Part shown: in pieces, positions 60,581 through 64,000 of the stretch
Position numbering within the stretch: the first letter of the stretch is position 1
Layout of the letters: every line of letters starts with the position of its first letter
Assembly: GCA_950097015.1 (NCBI GenBank)
Contig: CATNEN010000039.1
Coordinates: forward strand, 12,090,001 to 12,154,000
DNA from: Macrostomum hystrix
Taxonomy: Eukaryota > Animalia > Platyhelminthes
Reading direction: 5' to 3'
Length of the DNA: 64,000 nt
Program-made: the position numbers and the translations under genes
Notes under the pieces: generated by a model
The model's input: only the letters and a program-made list of their open reading frames with translations
Databases searched by the model: none
Told to the model about the DNA's origin: nothing

Positions 60581-62397
60581 GCACTCCTGACTCTCCTGAC
60601 TCTCCTAACTCTCCTGACTCTCCTGATACTACTGACTCTCCTGACTCTCCTGACTCTCCTGACTCTCCTGACTCTCCTGACTCTCCTGACTCTCCTGAAT
60701 CTCCTGAATCTCCTGAATCTCCTGAATCTCCTGACTCTCCTGAATCTCCTGACTCTCCTGAATCTCCTGAATCTCCTGACTCTCCTGACTCTCCTGAATC
60801 TCCTGAATCTCCTGACTCTCCTGACTCTCCTGACTCTCCTGACACTACTGAGTCTCCTGACTCTCCTGACTCTCCTGACACTCCTGACTCTCCTGACTCT
60901 CCTGACTCTCCTGACTCTCCTGACTCTCCTGACTCTCCTGACTCTCCTGACTCTCCTGACTCTCCTGACTCTCCTGACTCTCTGACTCTCCTGAATCTCC
61001 TGAATCTCCTGACTCTCCTGAATCTCCTGAATCTCCTGACTCTCCTGACACTCCTGAATCTCCTGAATCTCCTGACTCTCCTGAATCTCCTGAATCTCCT
61101 GACTCTCCTGAATCTCCTGAATCTCCTGAATCTCCTGACTCTCCTGACTCTCCTGACTCTCCTGACACTACTGAGTCTCCTGACTCTCCTGACTCTCCTG
61201 ACACTCCTGACTCTCCTGACTCTCCTGACTCTCCTGACACTCCTGACTCTCCTGACTCTCCTGACTCTCCTGACTCTCCTGACTCTCCTGACACTCCTGA
61301 CACTCCTGACTCTCCTGACTCTCCTGACTCTCCTGACACTCCTGACTCTCCTGAATCTCCTGACTCTCCTGACTCTCCTGACACTACTGACTCTCCTGAC
61401 TCTCCTGACACTCCTGACTCTCCTGAATCTCCTGACTCTCCTGACTCTCCTGACACTACTGACTCTCCTGACTCTCCTGACTCTCCTGACACTACTGACT
61501 CTCCTGACTCTCCTGACTCTCCTGACACTACTGAGTCTCCTGACTCTCCTGACTCTCCTGACACTACTGAGTCTCCTGACTCTCCTGACTCTCCTGACTC
61601 TCCTGACTCTCCTGACTCTCCTGACTCTCTGACTCTCCTGAATCTCCTGAATCTCCTGACTCTCCTGAATCTCCTGAATCTCCTGACTCTCCTGACACTC
61701 CTGAATCTCCTGAATCTCCTGACTCTCCTGAATCTCCTGAATCTCCTGACTCTCCTGAATCTCCTGAATCTCCTGAATCTCCTGACTCTCCTGACTCTCC
61801 TGACTCTCCTGACACTACTGAGTCTCCTGACTCTCCTGACTCTCCTGACTCTCCTGACTCTCCTGACTCTCCTGACACTCCTGACTCTCCTGACTCTCCT
61901 GACTCTCCTGACTCTCCTGACTCTCCTGACACTCCTGACTCTCCTGACTCTCCTGACTCTCCTGACACTCCTGACTCTCCTGACTCTCCTGACTCTCCTG
62001 ACTCTCCTGACTCTCCTGACACTCCTGACACTCCTGACTCTCCTGACTCTCCTGACTCTCCTGACACTCCTGACTCTCCTGAATCTCCTGACTCTCCTGA
62101 CTCTCCTGACACTACTGACTCTCCTGACTCTCCTGACACTCCTGACTCTCCTGAATCTCCTGACTCTCCTGACTCTCCTGACACTACTGACTCTCCTGAC
62201 TCTCCTGACTCTCCTGACACTACTGACTCTCCTGACTCTCCTGACTCTCCTGACACTACTGAGTCTCCTGACTCTCCTGACTCTCCTGACTCTCCTGACT
62301 CTCCTGACTCTCCTGACACTACTGAGTCTCCTGACTCTCCTGACTCTCCTGACTCTCCTGACTCTCCTGATACTACTGACTCTCCTGACTCTCCTGA
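60581..62397. repeat. 9-bp minisatellite (ctcctgact)n with a higher-order block duplication of about 0.7 kb
   Basis: Tandem 9-mers; the variant pattern recurs (ORFs 60845-61564 and 61564-62319 are nearly identical). Confidence 0.95.
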
Positions 62398-62988
62398 AAT
62401 TTAATCTATTTGGGATTACGATAAGACTTCCTAATTATACTTAATAATGGTCTAATATATTTGGGCAGTAATGCATATAAAACTACAAGCATACAAGTAA
62501 AGTTAGTAAAATCTTTGCCCTAAACCGCCCCGACCTTGACTACTGTAAATGCAGTCAAACTGTTACGTAACCACTAGAATTCTTTAACTAGCTCTTATTT
62601 CCTCACTTCAACCGACAATTCTGAGCTACTCAAAATCTACAAGATGGATTATTAATCAATCAAGAATGCTGCCTTAAACAGCAGTTTGGTTATGCTACAG
62701 GCGAAATCCCAGTTGTGTGGCGCTTATCAAGGAAACAATTTTTCCGCCCAATTCAGTTAAATATTTCATAGAATGGTTTGCGAAACATGGTTAGTGTGAT
62801 GCATTGCGATAGACTAACCATCTACTACTTAGTGTTTAACCATTTTAGTATCGAATTTTTTTTCGGAGACTGTGTGAATTATCGATCGATAAGACCGTGA
62901 CTTAGAGACTGAGTGAGCAAGGCGGATACTTGGCGGTAGGTTTCAAGAAAAGGACGAAAAGAAGTGTGATAAGGAGGCCGCGAGTTTA

Positions 62989-64000
62989 AATGGGAGAGTG
63001 TGAATGGGAGAGTGTGAATGGGAGATTGTGAATGGGAGAGAGTGAATGGGAGAGAGTGAATGGGAGAGTGTGAATGGGAGAGTGTGAATGGGAGAGTGTG
63101 AATGGGAGAGTGTGAATGGGAGAGAGTGAATGGGAGAGTGTGAATGGGAGAGTGTGAATGGGAGAGTGTGAATGGAAGAGTGTGAATGGGAGATTGTGAA
63201 TGGGAGAGAGTGAATGGGAGAGAGTGAATGGAAGAGTGTGAATGGGAGAGAGTGAATGGGAGAGAGTGAATGGAAGAGTGTGAATGGGAGAGAGTGAATG
63301 GGAGAGTGTGAATGGGAGAGTGTGAATGGGAGAGTGTGAATGGGAGAGAGTGTGAATGGGAGAGTGTGAATGGGAGAGTGTGAATGGGAGAGAGTGAATG
63401 GGAGAGTGTGAATGGGAGAGTGTGAATGGGAGAGTGTGAATGGGAGAGAGTGTGAATGGGAGAGTGTGAATGGGAGAGAGTGTGAATGGGAGAGTGTGAA
63501 TGGGAGAGAGTGTGAATGGGGAGTGTGAATGGGAGAGAGTGTGAATGGGGAGTGTGAATGGGAGAGTGTGAATGGGAGAGTGTGAATGGGAGAGAGTGTG
63601 AATGGGAGAGTGTGAATGGGAGAGAGTGTGAATGGGGAGTGTGAATGGGAGAGTGTGAATGGGAGAGTGTGAATGGGAGAGAGTGTGAATGGGAGAGTGT
63701 GAATGGGAGAGAGTGTGAATGGGAGAGTGTGAATGGGAGAGAGTGTGAATGGGGAGTGTGAATGGGAGAGAGTGTGAATGGGGAGTGTGAATGGGAGAGT
63801 GTGAATGGGAGAGTGTGAATGGGAGAGAGTGTGAATGGGAGAGTGTGAATGGGAGAGAGTGTGAATGGGGAGTGTGAATGGGAGAGTGTGAATGGGAGAG
63901 TGTGAATGGGAGAGAGTGTGAATGGGAGAGTGTGAATGGGGAGTGTGAATGGGGAGTGTGAATGGGAGAGAGTGTGAATGGGAGAGTGTGAATGGGGAGT
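62989..64000. repeat. 14-bp purine-rich minisatellite (gaatgggagagtgt)n, running off the window
   Basis: Direct tandem copies with 13- and 16-bp variants. Confidence 0.95.

Noticed and set aside
60408-62319. Collagen-like (SGE)n ORFs
   Set aside because: Stop-free frames of the 9-bp intronic array, antisense to SCYL2, with no unique flanking coding sequence.

Overview
Eukaryotic, intron-rich genomic DNA. The density of minisatellites, the gene style and candidate trans-splice acceptors suggest a free-living flatworm such as Macrostomum lignano (inference only). 1-23.4 kb: five co-oriented minus-strand genes, in transcription order ZDHHC17 > RPP25-like > GBE1 > MFSD9-like > DHPS. Each has an AG acceptor just ahead of its CDS, consistent with an SL-trans-spliced operon. 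The MFSD9-like CDS has no ATG of its own, and a spliced-leader AUG would fit in frame. GBE1 intron 2 holds a tRNA-derived SINE, a small MITE and a young BEL/Pao LTR retrotransposon (identical 310-bp LTRs) that is catalytically crippled. 26.8-28.3 kb: uncharacterised 5-exon gene. 31.2-47.3 kb: DCX-EMAP-type gene (2 DCX + HELP + WD40) with RFX X-boxes. One of its introns contains an internally deleted Polinton/Maverick that carries a 223-bp inverted copy of the gene's own DCX exon. 48.3-49.8 kb: divergent proteasome ATPase Rpt6/PSMC5 paralog. 51.8 kb to beyond the end: SCYL2-like pseudokinase with SINEs, a Crypton-like remnant and long minisatellites in its introns. About 20 distinct minisatellites explain most low-complexity ORFs in the supplied track. 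Exon boundaries were read by eye and protein identities come from recalled motifs; no searches were run.
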